64,000 nucleotides of DNA from an uncultured Verrucomicrobiae bacterium (GTDB lineage: Bacteria; Verrucomicrobiota; Verrucomicrobiia; Chthoniobacterales; JAFAMB01). The position numbers were made by a program, and so were the translations under genes. Numbering within the stretch: position 1 is the first letter of the stretch; every line of letters begins with the position of its first letter. The stretch lies in assembly GCA_963813025.1 (NCBI GenBank), contig CAWEXO010000013.1, positions 512,001-576,000 of the forward strand, in the 5' to 3' direction. The notes under the pieces are model-generated. The model was not told the origin of the DNA and did no database searches. It worked only from the letters and a program-made list of their open reading frames with translations. Shown here piece after piece: positions 40,655-50,586 of this stretch.

Positions 40655-41456
40655 AACGATTTCCGCCGGCTTACCCCCCGGATCACGAGCGAACCGACCA
40701 ATAACACCGTGACCAGAGCGCCAATCCGCAGTGCTGTGAAGATCGCGGGTCCGTACCCGGTCTTCGAGTTGTAGTGAAAACAAAGTAACAAGAGATCGTC
40801 GACCGCCGACCCGATCTTCTGTTGGCTGGCCAGCCGCAGGCCGTTCCTCAACTGGTCAGTCGAATAATTTACTCCCATCAGGTAACTCGAGATGCGGCCC
40901 GATGGAGTAACGAAAACCAACCCGGTCGGGTGGATGAATTGTTGACTCGGCTCGTCATAACGAAATCCGAAACCGATCTCATCTGCAATCTTCCGGATAT
41001 CAGCGGACGAACCAAGGAGAAAATGCCATCCGTTGGCCCCCCCGGATTATCCAGGTGCCGCAGATAGGCTTCCTTCTTGGCGGCTGCCAGGGCCGGCGTT
41101 TCGTTTGGATCGATCCCGATAAAGATGAACTGGTAATCTTTCCCGGGAAGCAGGTCGTGAAGTTCGGCAAAGATTTTGGTAACGGAATCCAAAACCACGC
41201 CGCACAGCATCGGGCAACGATGATAACCCATCGTCAAAATGGTTGGCCGATTCATCAGATCGGCCAGACGAACCTGTTTTCCTGTTTCATCAATAAAAAT
41301 CGTGTCGGCAGAGATCTGCCGGTTCAGATGCTGTTCGAACCGAACCGCGCGGTTGGGATCGTCCGCGTTGGCCGCCCAACCCCGGGAGCAACAACCCACG
41401 GCAAGGAGCAAACAGCAGAGATACGGCCATGCCTGGTTTTCAATCCGGCCGCTCAT
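40651..41456 (-). CDS. SCO family protein, frameshifted in a C7 run at 41037-41043
   Basis: CPMLC motif; the reading continues NGWHFLLG..FIHP..LLLLCFHY in another frame. Confidence 0.85.
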
Positions 41457-41908
41457 GGCGGCGCGCTCCTGGGGTAAACGTCATTTTTTTGCTGGATCAT
41501 CTCGACTTCAGTCGGTCCGGTCTGCGCCGGGCGAACAGGCAGACCTTGTTGGAGTAAACGTTTCATCGCCTCGTCGATTGGGATTTGCACAATACCGCGC
41601 TGACGATCTACCCAGCCGTACCGGTTCAATTTTTCGTCCTGCTCCTGAAGAAACCTTTGAAAATCGACCCCTGGATTGTTCTGGATTTCAGGCTGGGGAA
41701 AGCGAGTGACCTGTTCAACCACACTTGCTCCGGGCTGGCGCTGAGGAAAAATCCGCAACGTCATGAGGTTGAGAAAACACCAGAGCACGAGGAGCAGCAT
41801 GACGAGGCCGAAAACAAATCCTGCACTCACGTACAGGAATGGACGCAATGGTACATCCTGGGATTCGAATCTCCGACGCAACGATTCTTTCGAAACGGCT
41901 TGCTTCAT
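41453..41908 (-). CDS. ActG-like single-TM subunit
   Basis: ESQDV, one TM helix and LNRYGWVD..IPIDEAM; lies between actF and sco. Confidence 0.75.
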   Translation of the reverse strand: MKQAVSKESLRRRFESQDVPLRPFLYVSAGFVFGLVMLLLVLWCFLNLMTLRIFPQRQPGASVVEQVTRFPQPEIQNNPGVDFQRFLQEQDEKLNRYGWVDRQRGIVQIPIDEAMKRLLQQGLPVRPAQTGPTEVEMIQQKNDVYPRSAPP

Positions 41909-43081
41909 GATAACGAGATGTTCTCGGCCGGACTAACTTGAAGAGGAAAGCGCGGATCATTTCGAGCGAGGACCGGGGCGCGCGCTAAACCGATCAGGTA
42001 GAGGAAAATCCACGTCCCGCCCAAGCCAAAAACTGAGGCGAGATCGTACCAGTTGATATGCAGAGTGTGCCGAGAAGAAGGCGCGATATACCAAAGCCAC
42101 CCCGCCAATTGCAGCACTAACTGTGAACCGGCGAGCAGCATCAGAGAGCGGCCCCTTTGCTTGAACGAGCGAAACAGGAGAAGGATAAAAGGCGCGAAAA
42201 ACTGGCCGGCAGCAAGTAAACAAGCAAGCCAGAGCCAACCGCCGTGGATGCGGTGCAAGTACCAAGTTACTTCATGAGGTAAATTTCCGGCATAGATAAT
42301 CAAAAGTTGGGCAAACGCCAGATAAGTCCACAGCATCACAAATGTCAGCAGCAGATTGCCAAATTGGTTAAGAATTTGTGGCGTGTAAAAATGCTCAAAT
42401 CCGGGATGGTTGCGGAACAAATAGAGCAGGATAATCGCCAGTGAAATGGCGCAGAGAACCTGGGCCGAGAGGATCAGTGGCGGAAACACGGTTGAATACC
42501 AATCTCTTTCCAGCACCATCACCCAATCGATCGTGGCAAAGGTCACGATCAGGCAATGCCAGACCAAACCCGGTCCGCTGAGGGTGCGCGCCTTAATCGT
42601 CGGCTCCGGGTCACTCGTCTTATCTTGTTCCCGCGACAGTCTGCGCAGGAAGAATCCCAGCGTAATCCAGGTTCCGAAATAAAGGATCGCCCGAATCAAA
42701 AAGCCCGGCGCATTTAAGTAGACGGCTCGTTGTTGTGCGATCGGGTCGTACCGTCCGCGTCAGGTATGCCCAAGGAAACAAAACGTGCGTCCGCAGAATG
42801 ATGGGAACAAACAGGACGGCAAACCACGGCACCGGTTCGACTGCCGCCTCTAGAAATCGACGGACACCAATTCCCCATCTGCCTCCCGTCAGATGGTGTA
42901 ACATCAGCAGCGAATAAGAGCCTAGACTGATTCCGAGCCAGAAAAGATAACCGATCAGATAGGAGGGCATCGCGCGCTGAGGATCAAACAATACGCCCGC
43001 GAAAAGCGCCAGGAGCCCGAGGCCGGCCAGCAAGAGAGCTCCGGTCCGAACTTTGGGGAAAGTTAGTTTATCGAAATTCAT
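41905..43081 (-). CDS. actF: Alternative complex III subunit F, frameshifted at ~42750-42770
   Basis: HHLTGGRW, DWVM..WYST and WTYLAFAQLLIIYAGNLP.E; two consecutive frames. Confidence 0.85.
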
Positions 43082-43089
43082 TCAGCCGT

Positions 43090-43809
43090 TCATTGGGGCA
43101 GCTTCTTTTGTTCGTCCGACGGCAATGAGGAGGCCGGCACATTCCGGGAGAGCTGGAGCGCCCGGATATAAGCGATAATTGCCCAACGATCTGCCTCATT
43201 GACCCGATCGCCGTACGCGTACATCACTCCGTAACCATGTGTGATGACATTGAAAAAATGGCCTTCCGGCGCCGCCATAAGGCGCGGTTCGTGGAAGGAA
43301 GGAGGAGCGGGGAAACCACGCTGCACGATCATGCCATCGCCGTCCCCGGAAAACCCGTGGCACTCGGAACAGTAGATATTGAAACGTTCTCGACCGTGAG
43401 CGAGGTCTTCCGATGTGACCTGTCGCGGAAAGCCGATTACAAGGTGACCGTTAATTTCGCCATCTTCGAAGAAGGGGTCGCCGATTGAGTTCTCCCGCGC
43501 GACGGTGCCCGCAATGAGCGGGCGAGCTGAACTGTGATCAGGAAAGAAGTCATTCGATTGCTGTGTCTTGATCCGCGCATCCACGCGCATCTCGCGTTGG
43601 CAACCGCAGAGGATAAGCCAGATGAAGCAGGCGAGAACTTGTTTAAGCCGGAGGTTAGGGTGGGCCACAAGCTCCAGGCGGCTCAAACAAGTTCTCGCTA
43701 AGGCTCGAATGAATTTTCGCTCTACCGGCACAGGGGAGCGAGGCACTCTGAGAGGATCGATTAGGCGGTGCACGCCACACCCGACACGTTGAAAGTTGAG
43801 CGCCCTCAT
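43090..43809 (-). CDS. actE: Alternative complex III subunit E, monoheme cytochrome c lipoprotein (alternative start GTG 43668)
   Basis: Lipobox LCGC, CSECH, G.G.M and RWAIIAYIRALQ. Confidence 0.9.
   Translation of the reverse strand: MRALNFQRVGCGVHRLIDPLRVPRSPVPVERKFIRALARTCLSRLELVAHPNLRLKQVLACFIWLILCGCQREMRVDARIKTQQSNDFFPDHSSARPLIAGTVARENSIGDPFFEDGEINGHLVIGFPRQVTSEDLAHGRERFNIYCSECHGFSGDGDGMIVQRGFPAPPSFHEPRLMAAPEGHFFNVITHGYGVMYAYGDRVNEADRWAIIAYIRALQLSRNVPASSLPSDEQKKLPQ
43631..43735 (-). repeat. Palindromic element family B inside the actE 5' region
   Basis: 20-bp inverted repeat GCGAGAACTTGTTT(A/G)AGCCG; near-identical to 56853-56954. Confidence 0.9.
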
Positions 43810-44378
43810 CGCATCACCTCCCCGTGACGCGGTACCGGATCTAAATAAAGTTCTGTTATGTTTGTTGATTGTGCGCTGCTGAGTAAGTCACGCCAGGATA
43901 CAAGATCAAAAGCCGGGTCGGACGCGGAAAGCAGCAGGCAGAAATGATCGGTAGTAACTCGTTCGAATCCGGGAACGTCAAAGACCGGATGATGTAATTG
44001 GGGCAAACCGTTTAACACGAGCATCCCGACAAGGCTGGACAATGCCGCGCCGAGCACAGTTAGTTCAAAGGTAACAGGAATAAACAATGGCCAACTGTGA
44101 AGCGGCCGGCCGCCGATATTTAATGGATAGGCCAGGCTTAACGCCCAGACTTGAAAGAAGTAGCCGGTGATCCCGCCGCCGATTCCTCCGAGAAGCGCGA
44201 TTAAGGGAACCCAGCTATGCTTTTGCTCCACGAGCTCCGGCATGCCTTCCGGCGAGGGAGCAAAGACATCGTAGCGGGTGAGGCCTGCCTGTCGCATACG
44301 GTTTACTGCGCCTTGCAGCTCCGCTTTGTCTGCGAAGAGAGCGGCTACGCCATAGAGCCGATTGGATCCGGTCTTCAT
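43806..44378 (-). CDS. actD: Alternative complex III subunit D (DUF3341)
   Basis: YPLNIGGRP and FIPVTFELTVL; ATGA overlap with actC. Confidence 0.92.
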   Translation of the reverse strand: MKTGSNRLYGVAALFADKAELQGAVNRMRQAGLTRYDVFAPSPEGMPELVEQKHSWVPLIALLGGIGGGITGYFFQVWALSLAYPLNIGGRPLHSWPLFIPVTFELTVLGAALSSLVGMLVLNGLPQLHHPVFDVPGFERVTTDHFCLLLSASDPAFDLVSWRDLLSSAQSTNITELYLDPVPRHGEVMR

Positions 44379-45778
44379 GCGACGCCTGGCTCCTGTTCCC
44401 CCAATAGCTCGCGGACTTCGTACATCGACATCAACGGGAGAAAACGAATGAACAAAAAGAGCAACGAAAGAAAAAGCCCGACAGAACCAAAAAGAACTGC
44501 CCAATCCCAGAATGTCGGAGCGTAGAATCCCCATCGGGACGGCAGAAAATCGCGGTGCAAGCTTACGATAATAATCACGAAACGCTCTACCCACATGCCG
44601 ACATTGACGCTCAAAGCGACAAAGAAGAGCTTCACCGGACTAGTGCGGATCCGGCGTGACCAGAGCAACTGCGGGATCAGTACGTTGAAGAGGATTAAGC
44701 ACCAGTAGACCCATCCATACGGGCCAATAACGCGGTTAAGCGTCATATATTGCTCGTAGATATCGCCGCTGAACCAGCCGAAGAAATTTTCGAGCACGTA
44801 TCCATAACTAACGATCAGTCCCATCGCGAGCATGACGTTCGCCATGTTGTTCAGATGGCGGAGCGTCACGACGTTTTCCAACCGATAGAAAGCTCGGAGC
44901 GGAATCAAGATGTTCAGCACCATCGCAAAACCCGAATAGACTGCGCCCGCGACAAAGTAAGGTGGAAAGATCGTTGAGTGCCAACCCGGCAGCATTGTTT
45001 CCGCAAAATCAAGGCTGACCACACTATGAACGGAAACGACCAACGGCGTGGAAAGCCCGGCGAGTAATAGGTAAAGACTCTTGTAGTTTCCCCAGTGCCG
45101 AGCAGAACCTCGCCAGCCGAGACAAAGAACCCCGAAGATTCGTCGAGAGAACCACGTCCGCGCCCGATCGCGCATCGTCGCCAGATCCGGGATCAAACCA
45201 GTATACCAGAAAACGAGTGAGACCGTGAAATAGGTGCCAACTGCAAAAAGATCCCAAATAAGAGCACTCCGAAACTGCGGCCAGAGCCCCATCGTGCTCG
45301 GATACGGAATCATCCAATAAAAAACCCAGGGGCGCCCGAGATGAAGAAGGGGAAACATCGCGGCGCATCCTACCGCGAACAACGTCATCGCTTCCGCTAA
45401 CCGGTTAATCGAATTCCGCCACTTCTGGGCGAGGAGCAAGAGAATTGCCGAGATCAGCGTTCCCGCATGGCCAATCCCGATCCACCAAACGAAGTTGACG
45501 ATGGCAAAACCCCACGCGACCGGGATGTTGATTCCCCAAACACCAACGCCGATCGCGAACAGCACGGTGATACCAAGCAAGAGGAGCATTAACAGGACGA
45601 AGGCAACGGCAAAACCAATCCACCAGGCGCGGGGATGCTCGCGGCGGAGAACGATTCCCGCAATTTGGTCAGTGACGTTCTCGCGAGTCAGACCGGCCGC
45701 GACAAGCTTTCTCGGATAGCCCAGTGGCGAAGTTTCGCCGCCTTGCCGACCTTGCCTATCGAGTTTTTCTACGGGCAT
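44375..45778 (-). CDS. actC: Alternative complex III subunit C (NrfD/PsrC family)
   Basis: NFVWWIGIGHAGTLISA, HLGRPW, SVHSVVS and WHSTIFPPYFV. Confidence 0.95.
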   Translation of the reverse strand: MPVEKLDRQGRQGGETSPLGYPRKLVAAGLTRENVTDQIAGIVLRREHPRAWWIGFAVAFVLLMLLLLGITVLFAIGVGVWGINIPVAWGFAIVNFVWWIGIGHAGTLISAILLLLAQKWRNSINRLAEAMTLFAVGCAAMFPLLHLGRPWVFYWMIPYPSTMGLWPQFRSALIWDLFAVGTYFTVSLVFWYTGLIPDLATMRDRARTWFSRRIFGVLCLGWRGSARHWGNYKSLYLLLAGLSTPLVVSVHSVVSLDFAETMLPGWHSTIFPPYFVAGAVYSGFAMVLNILIPLRAFYRLENVVTLRHLNNMANVMLAMGLIVSYGYVLENFFGWFSGDIYEQYMTLNRVIGPYGWVYWCLILFNVLIPQLLWSRRIRTSPVKLFFVALSVNVGMWVERFVIIIVSLHRDFLPSRWGFYAPTFWDWAVLFGSVGLFLSLLFLFIRFLPLMSMYEVRELLGEQEPGVA

Positions 45779-45835
45779 AGCAAGGTGGACCTTAGGTAAA
45801 TGAGATGAAGAGACCGTTTCGCAGGATTGCCCGGT

Positions 45836-46069
45836 CCTGTGACGGTAGGGCGGAAATTTATTAGAGCCTCAGGCGAGAATTTGTTTGGCGGACACGTCAG
45901 ATAAAGAGATTGTCTCGCAACGCCCGAGGTCGGTAGGGGCAAGCTCCTGCTTGACCATCTGATTGCGCACCGCCTTTCGATCCGGACGAGCCGGAGCTCA
46001 TCCCTACCGCAGCCGTTCTTGACGCCATTCCGAAAGCGGCTCGGATAAATCTTCGGCCTACCGGCACAG
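45836..46069. repeat. Composite repeat: a family A element enclosed by family B inverted ends
   Basis: CCTGTGACGGTAGGGCGGAAATTTAT ... ATAAATCTTCGGCCTACCGGCACAG flank a copy of the 24.3-24.6 kb unit. Confidence 0.85.
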
Positions 46070-46115
46070 CTTCCCGCCCACGTTGCAAAACAATAGTTAA
46101 ATTTTCGAGAGCGTT

Positions 46116-49046
46116 TCACGACGTCTCAGGGTCGGCTTTGGGTTTGCCGTTTTCTGGTTTCACTTTCGCCAAATAGGTAGTTCTGGGACGGGTATTCAGC
46201 TCGCCAAGTAAGGCGTAATTCAGCGGTGATCTTTTAAGCCGGGCGGCTCGGCCGGCGTGATTTTTGATATCGCCAAAAATGATCGCCTCGGTCGGACAAG
46301 ACTGTGCGCAGGCCGGAACAACTTCGTCAGGCCCCAGTGACCGATTTGCCACTTCTGCGTTAATCTCGGCGTTTCGAATGCGTTGGACGCAGTAGGTACA
46401 TTTCTCCATGATCCCGCGGGTGCGAACCGTGACTTCCGGGTTCCACATTAACTGCCGGACAGGAGTCTTCAGGTCGGCGTACTGCAGGAAGTTGAATCGT
46501 CGAACCTTGTAAGGGCAGTTGTTCGAGCAAAATCTGGTTCCGATGCAGCGATTGTACACCTGCTGATTGAGCCCTTCGGCGCTGTGGAGGGTGGCTTCTA
46601 CCGGGCAGACCAGCTCGCACGGCGCCGTTTCGCAATGCATGCAAGGCACCGGTTGATGATGCACTCGCGGGTTCGCGAGATCACCGTCAAAGTAGCTATC
46701 TACCCGGATCCAGTACATTTCACGGCCACGCCAGACCTGGTCCTTGCCAACCACGGAAATATTATTCTCCGCCTGGCAGGCAATCATGCAGGCGTTGCAT
46801 CCGATGCACGCGTTGAGATTAACCACCATCCCCCACTGCAGCGGTGCGGTAAGTAGCTCTGATGGATTAATGATCTCACTGCGCGCCGCTTCAGGGGAAA
46901 CCACGACCTGTTCCTTCTCCAGATCGGAACGATCAACTAGCCGTACTGGCTCGCGACCATCCATCGCGTGATGTAACTGCGTGGAAACCAGCTGATAAGT
47001 TTCGTTCAGCTTCCTGATCCGACATCCCGACCGGTTCCAGAGATCGCTCCCGCCGCGAAGCTGGTAGGTGGCAAAACCGGTGAGAGATGACACCCGTCCA
47101 TATGGAGCTCGGCCGGAATTCAGCAGCAGCGAGACAACGTTGGGCGCCTGACCCGGCTGGATCCAGACCGCGATCGCGAGCCTTTGTTGTCCAACCGCGA
47201 GCTCAACCATATCCCCGTTTCGCAGATCGAGCCTATGGGCAAGTTCAGCACTGATAAAAGCTGGGTTATCCCAACTAACTTTGCTGATCGGCAGAGGCAA
47301 CTCCTGAAGCCACGCGCAGTTCGCGTAACGCCCGTCCCAGAGTGTGGGATCAAGATGAAAGCTTATTTCGATCTGGTCGGGAGTGCCGGGCGGCGCCAAC
47401 GCTGGTAGTTTCGCTTCGCCTACTGTGATCGGCTCCAAGGCGGTGTTTGGGACGACACCATCGCGCAAAGCCTGTTCCCAGGCCAATTCAAAGTCTGCCC
47501 AATGACCCTTTTGCTGCCAGTACTGGCGAATAATCTGGTAGTCGCTTGATGAAAAATCCTCGAGGCATGCTGCCAACAATTCGTGCAAGGAGCGGCCCCC
47601 GTAGAGCGGCGCAATTAACGGCTGCACGATTGAGATTGTGCCGTCTGAGGCGCGCGCGTCGCTCCAGGTTTCCAGGGAATGCGCAGCCGGCAGGTGCCAG
47701 ACACACGCCTTTGCCGTCTCATTCTGATATTCGCCCCAATGAAGGGAATAACGCGCCCGGCGGAGCTTCGTATTTAAACCGAGTTCCGGAGGCGCCGTTG
47801 CCACTGGATCTCCGCCGAGCACCAGGACAAAATCAGCGGACTTGTTGTCCAGGGCAGAGCAGAGCTCTCGCAACCCTTCGAGTGGATCACTCGCATTGCC
47901 AATGACTGGGGAGAGGTAGCGAATGGCTGCGCCGGCGGAGCCGATCTGGTGATTCAGACTCTGCACCATCGCCTGAACTGGTGCCGGCTGACGCGGACCG
48001 GTGAGAAACAGGCAGCGAGAGCCGGCCTCTTTTGCGTCAGCAACGAGACGATCCAGCCATTCGACGATTCCCGGAGGAGGTGTTTCCGCCGGTGTCCCGG
48101 GCGTCCTCATGTTCGCTCCGAGCCGAATCGCGATTTGCAAAAGCAACGGTCCGATTCGGCTCGGTGCTACCGCGATTCGCCAGTCAGCCACCGTCCCGGT
48201 AAGTGTCATCGTCGGTTCAGCCGCATAAAGCTTTATCGGCCGAGTCGCCGCGCCGTTCTCAAAAGACCGCCGTCTGCCGAACGCGCGCGCCAATCGCAAG
48301 CTGTCGGGCTCTTCGAACAAAAAATCTGAATCGAGCGCGATGAGAACGTCGACCGAATCCAATTGGTATTCAGGTTCCAGCGGCTGACCAAAGAGCTGGC
48401 GGCAACCTTCGTGGATGTTGAAACGGGGGGCTGGTTGCCAGTGATGCCATTGCGCCTCGGGATATCGGTTTTGGAATTCTGCGATCTGCGCCTGCAAAGT
48501 CGGCGATGAGGAGTTCTCGATCAGGATATGAATCCCTCTGCCTCGAACGCCTTTCTTCGCGCGCAACTCGTCGGAGAGGTGGTCCAGCAAGACGTCCCAA
48601 GTCTGGATCGCATCACGTTCCAGAATATTTTGGGATCGATCCGGGTCATAGAGCTGTGATATTGCGGCCTGCTCAAATACGCTCGCGCCGCCCAGACTCG
48701 CAGGATGCCTTGGATTTCCCTCAACCTTGGTCGGACGACCTTCGTGGCTCTTGACAATTACTCCCGTGGCGTAGCCGTCGCGGAGCAGCACCGTCGCGAA
48801 ATGGAGCGGACGTCCCTGAGTCATTCCGTGCGGATCTTGTACATAAGGAACGATACTTTCCTGGGGCTGCTTGCTGCAGGCCCCTAGACCGGCCATTGCA
48901 AACGTCGCGCCCATGATCTTAACGAAATGCCGCCGATCAACCGGCTCGGCTGCCGCCGGGAATTCACCGGTCAGCCAAGGCGCGCATTCGGCTGCATCGG
49001 ACAGTTCGTCGACGCTCCGCCAGAAATGGGGCGTTTGACGTTTCAC
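46116..49046 (-). CDS. actB: Alternative complex III subunit B (molybdopterin-oxidoreductase-like domain fused to an Fe-S domain)
   Basis: FWRS, Tat motif DRRHFVK, GRPTKVEGNP, CIGCNAC, CMHC..APC, CIGTRFCSNNCP and KCTYC. Confidence 0.95.
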   Translation of the reverse strand: MKRQTPHFWRSVDELSDAAECAPWLTGEFPAAAEPVDRRHFVKIMGATFAMAGLGACSKQPQESIVPYVQDPHGMTQGRPLHFATVLLRDGYATGVIVKSHEGRPTKVEGNPRHPASLGGASVFEQAAISQLYDPDRSQNILERDAIQTWDVLLDHLSDELRAKKGVRGRGIHILIENSSSPTLQAQIAEFQNRYPEAQWHHWQPAPRFNIHEGCRQLFGQPLEPEYQLDSVDVLIALDSDFLFEEPDSLRLARAFGRRRSFENGAATRPIKLYAAEPTMTLTGTVADWRIAVAPSRIGPLLLQIAIRLGANMRTPGTPAETPPPGIVEWLDRLVADAKEAGSRCLFLTGPRQPAPVQAMVQSLNHQIGSAGAAIRYLSPVIGNASDPLEGLRELCSALDNKSADFVLVLGGDPVATAPPELGLNTKLRRARYSLHWGEYQNETAKACVWHLPAAHSLETWSDARASDGTISIVQPLIAPLYGGRSLHELLAACLEDFSSSDYQIIRQYWQQKGHWADFELAWEQALRDGVVPNTALEPITVGEAKLPALAPPGTPDQIEISFHLDPTLWDGRYANCAWLQELPLPISKVSWDNPAFISAELAHRLDLRNGDMVELAVGQQRLAIAVWIQPGQAPNVVSLLLNSGRAPYGRVSSLTGFATYQLRGGSDLWNRSGCRIRKLNETYQLVSTQLHHAMDGREPVRLVDRSDLEKEQVVVSPEAARSEIINPSELLTAPLQWGMVVNLNACIGCNACMIACQAENNISVVGKDQVWRGREMYWIRVDSYFDGDLANPRVHHQPVPCMHCETAPCELVCPVEATLHSAEGLNQQVYNRCIGTRFCSNNCPYKVRRFNFLQYADLKTPVRQLMWNPEVTVRTRGIMEKCTYCVQRIRNAEINAEVANRSLGPDEVVPACAQSCPTEAIIFGDIKNHAGRAARLKRSPLNYALLGELNTRPRTTYLAKVKPENGKPKADPETS

Positions 49047-49146
49047 GTTTCGGGTTTCACGTTGGCGGTCTTCGTCTTGTCTTCGAACATTTCATTGCAC
49101 GCCTGCTTCGGAGCGCTCCAACTTGACCAGTTCGCTTTCGGTTCTT

Positions 49147-49806
49147 TCAGCGATGGCATGTTGTGCAATCCATGATCTCCGTTGCGCTCTTAATTCCGGC
49201 CGGCCGAAAAACGTCGTCGTTTCTCCACTGCCGGCCTGAGGACGGTTTCCAGGTAAGGTTGAAAACCTCCGAGCGCGGCCGGAGAAACTCGGTCGGGTGT
49301 CGGTGACAACTGATGCACCACTGCATGTAAAGCGTCTGGTCTTTCCAGGTGATCGGCATCTCGCCGACATTGCCGTGACAGGTGGAGCAGCCAATGCCTT
49401 TGCTGACGTGAATGCTGTGGTTGAAATAGACAAAATCAGGCAGGTTATGGACTCGCTGCCACCTCATTGGTTTTGATTCCGCCAAACTGTCGCGCACCGG
49501 GGACAGGACCGGAGCCTGGGTCCAGATTTGCGAGTGGCATGTCATGCACGTGTGGGTGGATGGCATTCCCGCGTAAGCAGAGGTCTCGACCGAATCGTGA
49601 CAATAGCGGCAATCGATGCCGAGTTGCGCGACATGGTGTCTGTGGCTGAATGGAACCGGCTGCTCAATGGCGCGGTGGACATCGGTGTAATAAGGTGACC
49701 ACGTGACCACATAAGCGGCGTAGCAGAGGCCTCCGAGGAAAAAAGGGAACGCGATCAATCCAACTCGAAATCGTGTGTTCGCTCTCGGAGAAAAGATCTG
49801 GGACAT
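49147..49806 (-). CDS. actA: Alternative complex III subunit A, pentaheme cytochrome c
   Basis: Five CxxCH motifs (CRYCH, CMTCH, CSTCH, CISCH, CTTCH), QPVPFSH and an N-terminal TM helix. Confidence 0.95.
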   Translation of the reverse strand: MSQIFSPRANTRFRVGLIAFPFFLGGLCYAAYVVTWSPYYTDVHRAIEQPVPFSHRHHVAQLGIDCRYCHDSVETSAYAGMPSTHTCMTCHSQIWTQAPVLSPVRDSLAESKPMRWQRVHNLPDFVYFNHSIHVSKGIGCSTCHGNVGEMPITWKDQTLYMQWCISCHRHPTEFLRPRSEVFNLTWKPSSGRQWRNDDVFRPAGIKSATEIMDCTTCHR

Positions 49807-50138
49807 CGCAAGGTCCGGCTGACTGGGGAACAACCAACGGAGACGGAATGCGGAAGGGAACAGCCCGTCGGCAAAAAGGCTCCCCTTAACATCGCATTCG
49901 ACTACAAAGCTGGATGTGACGCTTTTCCTCGGGGATGACAAGCTGGGCAAAGCTGCGGACGTGGGCGTCCAGACGTAGAGACATCTGAACGGTATCAAAA
50001 GGAAAGCCGTGCCGGGCGACTACGGACAATATACAAAGATGGATTCGCGGGTCCGCCGAGCCTGTTTCATCGCACTTGGCCGATGATCGAGTGCCGAACT
50101 CCGACCACACCTCGCGGAGGTGTTAAAACCGGCAATTG

Positions 50139-50276
50139 CTAATTCGAGCCGGTCGTTTGTTTGGTTTGCTTGATCGAACTGCTGCTGGGAGAACTCGAAG
50201 TCGTCGAGCAGGCCGTAACGGCCGCCAGAACTAAACCAATGCTCAGGACAATGATAGAATGGCGCGCGATTTTCAT
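50139..50276 (-). CDS. Very small putative lipoprotein
   Basis: MKIARHSIIVLSIGLVLAAVTAC signal/lipobox followed by a Ser/Thr-rich tail; 45 aa. Confidence 0.55.
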   Translation of the reverse strand: MKIARHSIIVLSIGLVLAAVTACSTTSSSPSSSSIKQTKQTTGSN

Positions 50277-50444
50277 TATACGTTTTTCGCTTTCCGCGCC
50301 GTGATCGGTTTCCTGGAAAACGCGGTTTCGGCATGACGGATTTGTCGGGCTTCCGAACATTTCTAGCTAACACGGTGTATTTTGATTAACGCTCTGGCGA
50401 ATGGGCGAATCTGTGGGTACTGACTTACTCGTGATCCATGGCGG

Positions 50445-50581
50445 CTCGGAACAAACAAAATGCATATGCGGGCTGCCGCCGGCCAGTTCATCGGAGCCCG
50501 GAGTGTCGTCTACTTGAAGATGAGTGACCCGATTGCGCCCGGAAATGTTTCAAACTTCTGCCCGGTCGCCGTTCTATTCAT
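50445..50581 (-). pseudogene. Frameshifted, truncated remnant of a cupin-like gene
   Basis: MNRTATGQKFETFPGAIG, then in another frame VTHLQVDDTPGSDELAGGSPHMHFVCSE (HxHxxxxE); begins 6 bp after the oxidoreductase stop. Confidence 0.5.
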
Positions 50582-50586
50582 GGCTC

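Noticed and set aside
46116..49046. Active molybdoenzyme
   Set aside because: Context and motifs identify ActB, whose molybdopterin-like domain is known not to carry Mo cofactor.
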